DNA of 64,000 nt from the NCBI GenBank assembly GCA_004431415.1, contig QPMI01000637.1:62001-126000 (forward strand), in the 5' to 3' direction. The number at the start of each line of letters is the position of its first letter. Position 1 is the stretch's first letter. The DNA is from Cyanophora paradoxa CCMP329. Taxonomy: Eukaryota > Plantae > Glaucophyta. The position numbers were made by a program, and so were the translations under genes. Below the pieces are notes generated by a model. It saw only the letters and a program-made list of their open reading frames with translations. It ran no database searches and was not told where the DNA came from. Positions 1 through 11,450 of this stretch are shown here, piece after piece.

Positions 1-11
1 CCGGCCCGCAG

Positions 12-104
12 GCGGCGCTGGCTGTGCGACGGGAGCGGCTCGGCGAGATGCACCCCCTCGCTCAGGAGACGGCTGCCGAACTTACCGCACTTCGAACTTA
101 CTAA
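12..104 (+). CDS. Terminal exon of a TPR (kinesin-light-chain-like) repeat protein; rest lies upstream of the window
   Basis: After a cgcag acceptor the sequence reads AALAVRRERLGEMHPLAQETAAELTALRTY*, matching the KLC-type TPR motif 'AL.ir...LG..HP'. AT-rich UTR-like sequence follows. Confidence 0.6.
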   Translation, partial: AALAVRRERLGEMHPLAQETAAELTALRTY

Positions 105-356
105 CTATAAGTTGAACGTACAGTGGTATTAGCCGTAAAAAACTTTCCAACGAGTTCAGTGTACTTGTGTGAAGTGCTCTTGATCATGAGCTTGTTCATG
201 TAATTGAGATACTAACGACCTTTGTCAACATGAATCATACGTATATACGTATGATTCGCATTGAGTCGCATTGTCGTTCTTCTGTAAATCCGGACAGATA
301 TAGGCCCACGACACTGGGCAGTGATTGGTTGGGTTTTGAGCCGTGTACCCCCGCAG

Positions 357-879
357 GCCGAGGAGGAGCTCGCTGCGAGCGGCCTCCCCTACACGATCAT
401 ACGGCCCGGGTTCGACCCCCCCGCCCCCCCTTCTCCTTCTCCCGACCGATCGGGGCACAGCGCTAGCGGCCTGCGGGGCGAGCCCGGGGGGCTACGGGAG
501 ATGGTCCTCGAGCGCGGAGACGCCCTCCCCACGTGCGCCCCCGCCCGTACCCCCTTACCACTCCTTCCCTCAACATGTTCGGTACCCCCCAGCGACTCGA
601 TCTCCCGCATGGACGTCGCCGAGCTCGCGGTCGAGTGCGCCGTCGCGCGGTACCCCTCCCTCGACTTCGCCGTGCGCTCGTCGCTGTACCTCCCCTCCAT
701 TCTGGGCCTCCCTGAGGCTAACCGGGCGGCGCCGGCAGTGCCTGAACGGGCCGGGCCTCGCCGCGGGGTACGCGGAGGGGCTGGAGGAGGAGGAGGGGGA
801 GGACGGGGAGGAGGGGTACGAGCCCGGGCCGAGCCCCGTGGCGGAGCCGCTGGCGCGCCTCGCGGGGGCGGCCCCCTAG
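357..879 (+). CDS. C-terminal exons of an NAD(P)-binding atypical SDR/NmrA-like Rossmann protein (5' part not found)
   Basis: Spliced: AEEELAASGLPYTIIRPG|GLRGEPGGLREMVLERGDALPT|DSISRMDVAELAVECAV...; the 'SGLPYTIIRPGGL' and 'ISRxDVA' motifs are typical of NAD(P)H-binding family proteins. GT-AG introns restore the frame. Confidence 0.7.
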
Positions 880-1804
880 CGAGGCTCGGAGCCCGTCCGC
901 CGTCACCTCATCGCCGCTGCTTGCAACTTGCAACGCAGCTCTTAAACTATAATCCGTTTTTGGTTTTGCGAAACTGCACTTTTCATGATCAATTACATGC
1001 CACAATAAGGTCGATCTAAATTGCAGTCACTGAATGCCACAATTGCATGTTCGACGGCAGATTCAAAGCAATAGCCACGAGAACAATTAAACTAGAAATG
1101 CCTGTGTAACTAGAAATGTATACGTAAGAACTATAGGTAGAATAAACTACGGCCCGGCCAGCGACAGGGGGCTTCGAATTTGAGCTCGAGGCTCCGAGGC
1201 GCGGACCCGCGCGAACTAGACGCGCGCGAAAACGGGTTCACAGGAATTCGAAGCTAGAAAGAAATCGCGAATTCGGTGATGCGGCCCGGCGGGTCTGAGC
1301 AGAAAATCGAAACAGGGTTCCGGGTCTGAGCATGCGCATGCATATGCGGCAAACATTTCCTAGAGCCGGCAATACTCCGGATGCAAGAAATACTACAAAT
1401 AGCACTTGAGCTAGACCCTCGGGCCTCGGATCAAAGCTAAGGGCTGAAAAATTGGAAGTCCAAGACTCCAGCCACTGGCACCGAACTTGGGTTGGGAAAG
1501 ATTTTTCTACCGAAGCTCGAATCATGATCTACTTGAGAAGTCATGATCATGATCAGGACCGGACCGGAGATGCACGTGCACGTATGCCGCGACGCGACGG
1601 AAGTATCCAAAGCTTAAGCGGGGTAGAAAATTTAGAACTGGTAAGCTAGCGGGAGGATCGATATTTCGAGAGCGGTATGAGCAGAAATGTACAAATTTGG
1701 AATGGCAGCGAAAAACCAAGCCAATTGAAATATTGCAAGTCTTGTGTATAGCTACTAGTACCAATGCGTATACTGCCGAAGCAAAAAAGGAAGAGGAGGG
1801 GCAC

Positions 1805-2069
1805 ATGGCCCGCCCGGACCCGTGGCCGGGCCGGGAAGGGCGCGCGGGCCGACTATGGTACAGTGTTCAGGACGAACTGAACAAGGTGCAGCTCGAGCTG
1901 GGGAGCGGGCTACCAGCCGGTGCCGGAGAGGCGCCCCTCGGGGAAGACGACGAGGGCGTCGGGCTCGGGCTCCTCCCCCCGCCGCCCCGGCCCCGCCGCC
2001 TGCACCCGCACCGGCGACGCTGCCCGCGGGCTCTCCTCCCCCTGCGCGCCGCCCCTCGTCAACAGGCAG

Positions 2070-2101
<32 letters not shown>

Positions 2102-2436
2102 CGAAATCGATCCGATGATCCGGGGCGTTCTGAGGGGCGGACCGCGCGGGAGCGCTCTCGCTCCTTGGCCTCGAGCTTCTCCAGCATCTGCGCGGGGATT
2201 CGATGCCGGGACCCATCGATATCCGAACCGATATTTTGGAGTGCTTGCGGCGCACGAGGGAGACGTGGGAGCGGGGGAGGAGGCCTGGGACTGGCGGCGG
2301 CTGGTGCTCGCGCTCCGCGGGATGGCGACGGCGACGCCTCCGCCGGCCACCGGCCGGTTGAGCGTCGCGAAGCCCGCGCCGCCCTCCGGGGCCGCCCCGC
2401 CCCGAACCCCTCCCCCGCGTCTGCCCGCCGGGGCGC

Positions 2437-2468
<32 letters not shown>

Positions 2469-4126
2469 TCGGCGGCGACGGCGGCGACGATGGAGGAGCG
2501 CCTGCTGCTGCCGCCGCTCGCCGCGCCCTCCGCGAAGGTCGCCGAGCGCCCGACGGAGCCCCGCCGGCTCGCCGCCCCCAGCACCCCGACGCCGACGCCG
2601 ACGCCGACGCCGGCAGCGGCTCCTCCGCGCCGGCGCCGGGAACGAAGAGGTTGAGGGGCGCGGCGGGGCCGGCGCCGGGGCCTCCCTTGCGGGTGTTCTC
2701 GGCGAGGGCGCGGACGAGGGCCTCCGGGGTGAGGGGCCCCGGGGCGGGGCGCGGCGGCTCGCGGTCGCGCTCGCGGAGGGGCCCGAGCCCGGGGAGCCGG
2801 CGAAGGAGCGGGGCCGCCCGGGCGGCTGCGGGGCCACCAGGTTCGGCGAGCTGCCGCCCGAGGCCCCCCGCACGCGCAGCGAGGCCGCCGCGGCGCGGGG
2901 CGAGGCGGCCGCCGCCGAGGAGGCCCCGAGGAGGCCGCCGAGCCCGTCGGCGAGAGGCGCCGCGGCGTCCCCGCGAAGGGCGAGAGCGACGCCGGCGCGG
3001 CCGCCGAGAGGGGCACCGGCGAGGCGTGCCCGGGGCCGGCCGCCGGCGGCGTCACGTCCACGAGGGCGGGGCGGGGCCGGGGCGGGCCCAGGCGGCGGCG
3101 CCGGCCACGGGGACGCTTGGTCGCTGGGGGCCCCGGCGGCGGCGGCGCCCTCTTCGACGTCGCCGCTGGCGCAGGAGGCGATGGAGTAGCGCCGCGAGCG
3201 CAGGCTCGGCTGCCGCGGCGTCGGGCCCGCCCCCTCCGTCACCGGCGGAGGCGGCGGGGGCGGCGGTCCCAGGGCGAGCGGGGCGAGGGAGGGCGGGGCG
3301 GGGCCGGGGCGGCGGGGCCGGGGCCGGGGGCGGCCTGGGGCTCGTCGTCGCCGGGGGGCCCGGGGCGGGAGACGCGATGGTGGGGAGGAGGGCGCGCGGC
3401 GTCGCCGTCCCCGACCGCCCGCCCCCGAAGCTGCGAGGGCGCGCGCGCGGGGGCGCGCCTCGTCAGAATTCGATTCGAATTCGAGGCGGGTCTTGGTTTG
3501 AGGGCGGGGGCGGGCGCCTGGTGGTGCGGTGGAGGCCTAGGCCGATGGCGCCGAGACTGCTGAAGGAGGCGGGGCGCTGGCCGCCGCCGCCGGCGCGGCC
3601 GCTGCTGCTGCGCGGCAGCGGCCCCCGCCCCGTCGACGTCGACGCCGCGGCGCTCGAGGCCGCTGCAGCGCCACGGGGCGGGGCGGGGTCCGGCCCGGTC
3701 AGAGACGGGGGGCGGGCCCGAGCATGGCGTGGGGGGCACCGTCGAGCTCGCCATCGTCCAGCACGCTCCGCAGCCGCTCCTGCGCGTGCGCGGGTCGAGC
3801 TCGACGAGGAGGCTGCGGGGCGGGGCGGACGGTGGCGGAGACGGTGGCGGCGGCGCGCCCGAAGAGCCCCGAGTTCACCGCCTTCGTCATCGCCTGCGGG
3901 GCGCGGGGCGCGGCGCGGCGTCAGGGCGGGGGGCGGCCCCCGCGGGGCCCGGCGGCGGCGCGCCTGGAGGCTCGCGCGGTTGACGCGCCCCGCCGTCTCC
4001 GGCGGGTCTGCCCCACGCCGCCCCGCGGTCAGCTCGAGCGAGGCCGAGGGGGCGGGGGAGGGGGGGAAGGGGTGGGGGGAAGGCAGGGAAGGGGGGATGG
4101 CTAGGGGGGGCAAGCTCAATGGGTAA
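1805..4126 (+). CDS. Hypothetical intron-containing protein, model uncertain
   Basis: Protein-like segments (WYSVQDELNK; RYPNRYFGVLAAHEGDVGAGEEAWDWRRLVLAL; PKSPEFTAFVIACG) lie in different frames separated by intron-like GC tracts. No family recognised. Confidence 0.35.
2070..2100 (+). repeat. Poly-C homopolymer (31 nt)
   Basis: Uninterrupted C run, probably intronic; length may be inaccurate in the assembly. Confidence 0.85.
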
Positions 4127-6891
4127 ATGGGCCCAGGAAGGGGAAAGAGACTTGGAGATACGATCCTTAGGATGAAGGTTAAAACCCGCTGAAGGCCCGG
4201 CCCCCAGCGGGCCTCGCGGGGCGGACATCTGCGCTGGAAGGCGAGGAGGCGGAACTCGACGTCCACGGCCGCCCCCTCCCCGGGCGCCACGCACACGTAG
4301 TACCACCCTGCGCGGTCCACGCGCCCCGGCCCCGGCCCGCCGTCAGCTCCGGGCGGAACGGGGGAGGGGGGGAGGCGGGAGGGGCGGGGCGGGCCGGTGC
4401 TGAAGTTGAGGTCGACGGGGTCCACGGAGAGGGTGCCCTCCTCCTCGTCCTCCGGCAGCCGCAGCTCCCACGTCTTCAGCCCTGCGCGCCCGCCCCCGGC
4501 CCCGCCCTCAGCCCCCAGCGCGGGGGGGCGCCGGCGGGGTTGAAAAACTTGGCGCGCACGGTCGGAGGGGAACTTGTGGGCGGTGGAGACGAGCAGCCGC
4601 GGCACGGCGTCGCTCGCCAGCCCCTCCGTCACCAGCCCTGTCCCGCCGCCCCGAGGTCAGGCTCAGGCTAGCGCTCCGGACCCGCATCGAATTCTCGAGT
4701 ATCTCGGATCGAACGGGCGCACGGAGGCGGAAGACGGCGGACTGGTTGCGGTCGCTGAACTGGATGCGGTAGTAGGCCGGGCCCTGCGGCTCCACCCTCC
4801 CCACCACCCCCCTGCCGGCGCGGGCGCCAGACCGCGCGTCGTCAGCTCGAAAGCAATTGATCATGAATGCATTCGGAGGATTTGGAGGCGGGGGCCCGGG
4901 GCGCGCTTGGAGGGAACGAGGACGAGGGATGAGGCGGCGAGGGCCTGGATGCGGAATTCCGAGTGCACCGCCCCGAAGACCGCTGGCGGCGCCGGCGCCG
5001 GCGCGCAGAGTCAAACACAGGACGTCGTCGACGTGGGCCGAGGGGACGGGGCCACCGAGGAAGAGGGGCTCGCTGCGTAACTCGGGGTCCGCGTCCGTCA
5101 GCTCCAGGCTGTCGTCTCCCTGCCCGCCCCGCTCGACCGCGCACGGGCGACGACGCTTCGGCAGGCCGCGGCGGCGGCGGCGGGGCGAACCTCGCTGATT
5201 GAGCGGAAGTGGTGCCGCTCCAGCGAGGGGAAGTCCCTGCGCCCCGGGCCGGCGTCGGCGGGGGCAGCGGCGCGGGCTGCATTCGAATTCGGGGGGCCGC
5301 GGGGCGCACCAGACGAAGCTGGCGTAGCTTCGAGTTCGAGGTGTGCGGGAGGGGGAGCGGGGGTACGATCACGAACGATCGCGCGGGGGGGGGGGTACAG
5401 GGGAGCGAGCTCACAGGTCGGGGTCGCCGGAGAGCGCCTGCGCGCGGGGTGCGGCATTAGAGGCCGGGGAGGGGGAGGCCAAGGGGACGGAGGCGAGAGG
5501 GGAGGGAGAGGGCCGGGATACGTGGGGCACCTTGAGGCGAACGATGACGCGGTTGGTACCCGTCGGGACGTCGAAGCGGAACTGCGGTGTTGGGGGGAAG
5601 GGGGGCGGGGGTGAGTAATTAATGATAAAAGGGGGGTATCGGCTATCGAGCTCTGTAGGGCGCACGTAGCGGTACTCCCCCTGATCGACGCGCCCGATCT
5701 CCGATTGGCCCGACGTGAGTACCTGCCTATCGTCGTGCTGCCGGAGTGACAGGAATACCGTCAGGGGGTACGCGGTTGTGCAAGGGGGCTTGGGGGGGGG
5801 GGGGGGGGAAGGGTACCTTCCAGATGCCGGAGCGGGACATCTTCGATCGAATCTCGGAGAAGGATTTGAACTGGGGGCGGGCAAGGACTCATGATCAGGC
5901 TCGGCGCGCGGGGGCCGCAGATGTGGAGGAGGGGGGTACAGGCGCACGAAGGCCTTCTCGCGCTCCTCGAGGGGGGCGACGTTGATGGACTCCCGCAGGG
6001 GGAGCGAGGCGGAGGCGGGGAGGGAGCCCCGGCGGATGCCCCCGGGCCGCGCGCCCCCGGCCGAGGGCGGCGGCAGCGGCGGCGCGGGGTCGAGGGGAAG
6101 GCATAGGCCCGGGGCCCCCGCGGCCGGCTTGATCGGAGGCAGCTGGGGCGACGGGGGCGGATCGGTGGCGGCGGGCGGGGACTCGCCGGGGGGCGGCGGC
6201 TCGGGCGCGTCGCCCACCGAGGCGCGCCGGCTCCGCAGCCGGAAGTCGGAGCCGTACGCGAACGAGGCCGAGAGCGGCCCGCCGAGCCGAAGCTCAGGCC
6301 GCCGAGTCGGAGCCGTACGCGAACGAGGCCGAGAACGCAATGAGCCGCGCCGCCCCGGGCCCGCCGCCGAGCCGAAGCTCAGGCTAGCGCCGTCGTTGGA
6401 GCCCTCGGGCGCGTTGGCCGGCGCCGCGCGCAGGGCCGCCGGCGAGGCGGACTCGGAGGGGGCCTCGTCGAAGAGCGCCGGCGGGCTCCCGGCCGACTCG
6501 AAGCTCAGCGAGGACACGTCCAGCGACCCGCGCGCCCGCGCCGTGCGCGCCGTCGCGAGGGTCGGCGCCAGGTCCGCCTGCAGCCGCGCGCGCATGCGCA
6601 CGGTGGCATTTGCATTAAGATCAGCGCGCGACGCGCGCGCCGGCGCGCGCGCGGGGGCGGCGATCGATATCGGCGCACGGCGGTGGACTTCTCGAGCAGG
6701 TGCGACAGCGCGGAGAGCTTCAGATCGACGATCTCGAGAGTCGCGCGCTCCTGCGCGAGGCTCCGCCGGCCCGCCAGCGCGGCCGAATCGGCGCCGGCAA
6801 CCTCCGGCGGGTCTTTCCCTTCGACCGGCAGCTGCGGCTGCGGCTGCCAGTGCGGCTGGGGCTCCAACGCGTATTCCGACTCCATGGTCAT
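4100..6891 (-). CDS. Hypothetical protein: low-complexity N-terminus plus two PPC/jelly-roll-like beta domains; 3' end uncertain
   Basis: Start MTMESEYALEPQ. Two similar modules: 'LTSGQSEIGRVDQGEYRY|FRFDVPTGTNRVIVRLK...GDPDL' and 'VVGRVEPQGPAYYRIQFSDRNQSAVFRL...PRLLVSTAHKFPS...GWYYVCV'. Confidence 0.45.
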
Positions 6892-8436
6892 CCTGATGTC
6901 GCCCGAAGGCGTTATTTCTGCGGATCGCCCGCGGTCGCGGCCGCGGCTCGTGCGGATCGCCCGCAGCTCGAGCTCGCGCGCGGCTCGCGGTCCGAGGTCG
7001 GCGCCAGCGCGCGGTCAGCAACGTTTAACTCCGCGCCTCGATCTAGGGCCAGCAGCTCCTCCCCTGCTGCAGTTGCCTATCTCCACGCGAACGTCGAACG
7101 CCAGCTGCAGCCTGCACGGCCCTGCAGCAGACGGCCGGCCGAACCCTCTCTCTCTGCGCTAGCCGACCCCCGGGCCCCGGGCCCCGGGCCCCGGCCCGAC
7201 CGGCGCGCCTGCTCTCGCCGATGGGCGGACACTCGAGGTGGACAGGAGCTCGAGAGCAACCATTGACGTCGACGACTCGACGCACGTGCACGTGCCGCCG
7301 GACTCATATGCATCCCCGGGATGGCGTGAGCGGGGATGCAATCATGATCATCATGGCATGAGCGTCACTGCTGCGCCAGCCGCCAGGCTTCGGCGCTTCG
7401 CTAGCTATAGCTGAGAAGCCTACCTCCCTGCATGCATCATCAGAGCTAAAGATGCAGGGACTCCGTCTGAGATCTAGAGGACCGTCTGCCACCAGCGGTG
7501 GCTTCAGCAACTGTTCTCTCGCTCAGCCCGATGTCTTCTCTGCGGCGCCGAGCGGCCGCTCGCGTCATGCCGACGGCTTGCGTGCGCCCCTGCAGGCAAT
7601 CGTCGGTGGCGTGCACGTGATTGCACGCCTACGCAGCGACCGCGGGCGTCGTCGCCGCACAGAAACTCGGACTCCTGGCGAGGCGATGTGCTTCTGAGCA
7701 CTCGGGCGGCCCGGGGCCTCCCAACCCCCGCCGCAGCGGACTTCGGGCAGGCGCGCGTGCCCAGCTGGAGGCGGTATCTTCCGGTGCCGAGGAGCACAGC
7801 TTGCTGGTCTCGGCTGGCGACGCTGTGCGCCCGCCGGTTTTCACCCGGGCCCTCACGGGCTCCGGTTTCCGGCCCTTCCCTGGAGTTTTGGAGTCTTCGC
7901 TTTTCTAGGGCACTGCTCAGAGGAGGGCTATAGTTTAGGCTCGGCCGCTTCGTCTTCACCCTTGCTATACGTAGGCTCAGTTCCTGCGTCCTTAGGGAGG
8001 TTGTGGTAGCTTGGCCTTAGCTTCGGCTCTCTGTTTGCAGTGTTTATTAGGAGTGTGTTGTCCCCTTTCTCCAGTACGTAGATTGTGAGCACAGCACACG
8101 AGAGTCCTCACTTTCTCTTCCTGGATAGTGCTTTCAGTGAGATTGTGGTCGACGTAGACAACTTCATTAGTTGTACGGATGTGCTAATGCAAATCGACCC
8201 GATCTAGAGGACCGTCTCGAGCTCCCATTTCCTCGGGCTCCGCGCTAGAGAGGGAGGCTCAAGGACTCCGGGAGCCTCCCTACTGATCATGATCATGAGG
8301 CTCCTTGAGCCTCTCTCTAGCCTTCTAGGGCTACGAACGTATACCCTCGCCGGCGCCAAGGCCCTGCCCTCAGGGCCTGCCACTGGCTGCCAGGCCCTGC
8401 GCATGCTAGGCTATAGCTAGCGCCACGCGCCGAGGG

Positions 8437-11220
8437 CTATCGCTCTGCGAGGGGGCGCCCGACGAGGGCCTCGATCTCCCCCGCCGCCTTCGGGATCCCC
8501 GCCGTCAGCACCTGCCCCCGCGCGCCCCGCCCCGGCCCGACCCACCGTCAGCCGCCCTGCAGCTGCACCCGCGCGGCCCAGGCGGCCCTCGCGATGGCCG
8601 GGCCCGGGCCGGGCCGCGGGCACCTCTATCTGCAAGGGCCCGCCGCCGGCCTCCGGGTCCTCGTCCTGCGCGCCGTGCCCCTCCGCGGGGGGCAGCACCG
8701 CCACGTTGTCCTCGATCCGCACCGCCACGCCCCTGAACCTGCGCCCCAGCCCGCCCCGGCCCGCGCCCCGGGTCACGCTGCGTGGGGGACGGGCGCCCGA
8801 GGAGGGGGGGGGAACGCGCTCGGGGGGTACGTCGGGGTCGTCGAGGGGCAGGTACACGCCGGGCTCCACGGTGAAGCACACGCCGGGCTGCCCGCCGCCG
8901 GGGGGACGCGCGTCACAGGCGAGCGGGCCGGGGTACAGCCACGGGGGCGCTGCGCGCGCACCCCGATGCGCGTGCTCTTGGTCGGGATCGACGGGCAGTC
9001 GTGGATGTCCTGCAGGGGTACACGTGAATGCAGGGAGGGGCGGGGGAAGGCGGGGGTACGGGGGAGCGCGGACCATCCCGAGGAAGTGGGAGACGGCGTG
9101 GGGGAAGTACTTGAAGAAGCCCTGCGGGGTACGCGGTTCGGACAAAAAACAATTGGAGAAAAGGAAGAGGGCCGCGTACCCCGGAGACGAAGAGCTGGTG
9201 GGGATCGCGCGTACCCCCGATCCCGAGCGAGACAAGGCCCCTGCCGTGCGTGGGCTGGGCTCAGCGATGAGGAGAGAAGGGGGAGGGCTGGGGGTACACC
9301 TGCAGAGGAGCCGGATGCACGTCGCGTGCAGGCCGGAGAGCGTGAGGGAGTCGCCCCTACCCAGCCGCTGTGCAATGTGCTGTACGCCCGCGCGGCGTGA
9401 GACGGTACCCTTGGGGACAAGGGGTGAAGGGAGAAGCCACCTCGAGCAGGGATCTCTGCAGGTCCTCCATCATGTCGTACACGGCTCGCTGGGTAGGGGC
9501 TCAGCAGGGGCTGCGGCGCTCGGGCACGGGATCGGGCGCCTGTGCCGGGGTGAAGCGGCCGGAGACGGGCCAGACGCGCGTGACGTCGCTGGCGTACCCC
9601 CAGAACTCGGCCCCCGCGTCCACGAGGAGGGTGTCCCCCTCGCTGCGCCGCGGGTTCGGATCCCGCGGGGGCCCTCCTCTTTCGCGCGGCGTGGCACCGG
9701 AGGGTCTGCTCGTTGAGGACGTAGTGGATCGAGAGGCCCCTGGGCCCCCCCGCCACCACGGGCGGGTACGAGAGCCGCTGCGCGCCGCGGGTCCTGCCGC
9801 GAGGGCAGGGATCAGCGGGCGCGGCGGAGGCAGGGGGCGCGGGGGGCGGGGCACCGGCACTCGAACTCGAGGCGGGCGGCGACCTGCGCCTCGGAGACGC
9901 CCGGGCGCGTGCCCCGCATGGCCGCCTCGAAGGCCGCCCCCGCGATCCCCGCCGCCCGCCGCATCAACCGCAGCTCCTCGGGGCCCTTCCGCAGCCGCTG
10001 CCGCTGCACCAGCGCCTCCGCCCCCGCAGTCGACACCTCCGCTGCGCCCCGCGGGTCGCCCTCGCGCCCTAGACCTTCTCGGGCCGGGGCGGGGGCACCG
10101 CCGGAGGCGGCGAGGGCGGGGAGGACGGCGGCGTCAAGGGCGGGGTTGACGCCGGAGCGGTAGTACACCCGCGAGGCGCCCCGCAGCAGCCGCGGCAGCT
10201 CCCGCCCCACGCTGCCCGCCTCCGACCCGTGCGCCTGCGGCGTGGAGAAGCTCGCCGGCGGCGAGGGGAGGGGGGAAGGAGGGCCCCGGGGGGTAGGGGG
10301 ACCTCGTGGGCGCCGAAGAGGGCGCGGGCGTCGTCGAGGGAGGCGCAGGGCCCCTCCCAGAGCCGCCGGTCCGGCTCCCGCCCCTTCACGAAGAGGGCGA
10401 AGCGCGCCCCGCCGCCCTCCCCATCCGCCCCTGCCGGCGGGCCCGCGGCGGCCTCGGCCGGAGCGCGGGGGTACGGGGGCGCCGGGCACGGGCGGACGGA
10501 GGACGAGGAGCGAGCCGGGCTCCCGGAAGCCGCAGAGGTAGAAGAAGTCCGTCTCCTGCGCTGCGCGTCCCGCCCGGCCCGGCGGGGAGGGAGGCGGGCA
10601 CGTGCGCGGAGGCCCACCTGCCGGTATTGAGAGTAGGGGATGTCTGGGGGCCGGGGCGGCGCGCGCGGGGGGGGGGCGGCGTCAGCTGCAGGTCCGAAGG
10701 GAGCCGGCAGGGCGGGCGGGCGCACTGTGGCTCACTGTCGACGTCGCGCGCGCGGCGGCGGCGCGTGCTGTCAGCGAGAGAGGGGCGGGATCGGGCGGCG
10801 AGGGGGGATGGCACTGAGAGCGACGGGGTTGGAGGGCAGGACGAGGGCGGAGCCCTGAGCGCCGCGCGCCCGTCAGCCGCGCGGCGCGGCTCCCTCGCGA
10901 GCGCGCACCGGCGGCAGGCGCGCGGCGAGCTGCGATCTCCTGCGCGCGTAGTCGGCGCGCGTGATCCCGGGCGTCAACTCGTCCTCGCTTGCGAAGAGCT
11001 CGGGGTGCGTTCTCCAAACTGCTTGGCCGACGTACGCGTCTGGATTCGCCGCGACAGAGATTCCCCTCGCTGGCGCAGCTAATGCCGCCGCGCCCGCAGC
11101 CGCAGCTGCATACGCAGGCCACGTGCAGTGCAGCTCCTTCGAACGCACCGCCCCACGCGCGGCGGTGGTCCGGACGATCGGCTGCCATGCGCGCTGGGCG
11201 CGCGTGGCGCCGGCGAGCAT
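8437..11220 (-). CDS. Mitochondrial Xaa-Pro aminopeptidase (ICP55/XPNPEP3-like, peptidase M24B)
   Basis: Presequence-like N-terminus, then THPELF..DELTPGITRADYARRR, MSHNIPY..YRQETDFFYLCG, LRKGPEELRLMRRA, LLVDAGAEFWGYASDVTRVWP, HAVSHFLGMDIHD, FTVEPGVY and GVAVRIEDNV, which carry the M24 metal ligands. Confidence 0.92.
10726..10734 (-). other. 9-nt micro-exon of the Xaa-Pro aminopeptidase gene
   Basis: cgacag|TGAGCCACA|gtgcgc; including it gives VAL-M-SH-N-IPY, matching the family motif MSxxIPY. Confidence 0.75.
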
Positions 11221-11319
11221 CCCCAGATGGTTCGAAACCTGGCCCGATCACGGCGGCTGCTGCCCGCTACCGATGCGACTCACGAGCGCAGGCTGCGCTG
11301 TGCGTGCCTTCGCAGCTCG

Positions 11320-11367
11320 AGATCTAGAGGCGGAGCCCCGCTGAAGATCTAGAGGCGGAGCCCCGCT
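11320..11367. repeat. Direct repeat, 2 x 23 bp (agatctagaggcggagccccgct), 25-bp period, in a divergent intergenic region
   Basis: Exact duplication between the head-to-head ATGs at 11220 (-) and 11451 (+). Confidence 0.85.
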
Positions 11368-11450
11368 TCCCTGCAGCTGTCGGGGATACAGCATTTAGCT
11401 TCACCAAGCGAGCCGAGCTTTCGACGCACACCGGTACCGCCAGCCAGGCG

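Noticed and set aside
7300-8010. Possible small spliced gene on the plus strand (fragment TVCHQRWLQQLFSRSARCLLCG looks RING-variant-like)
   Set aside because: Splice-like signals exist, but I could not build a consistent model or find the other zinc ligands.
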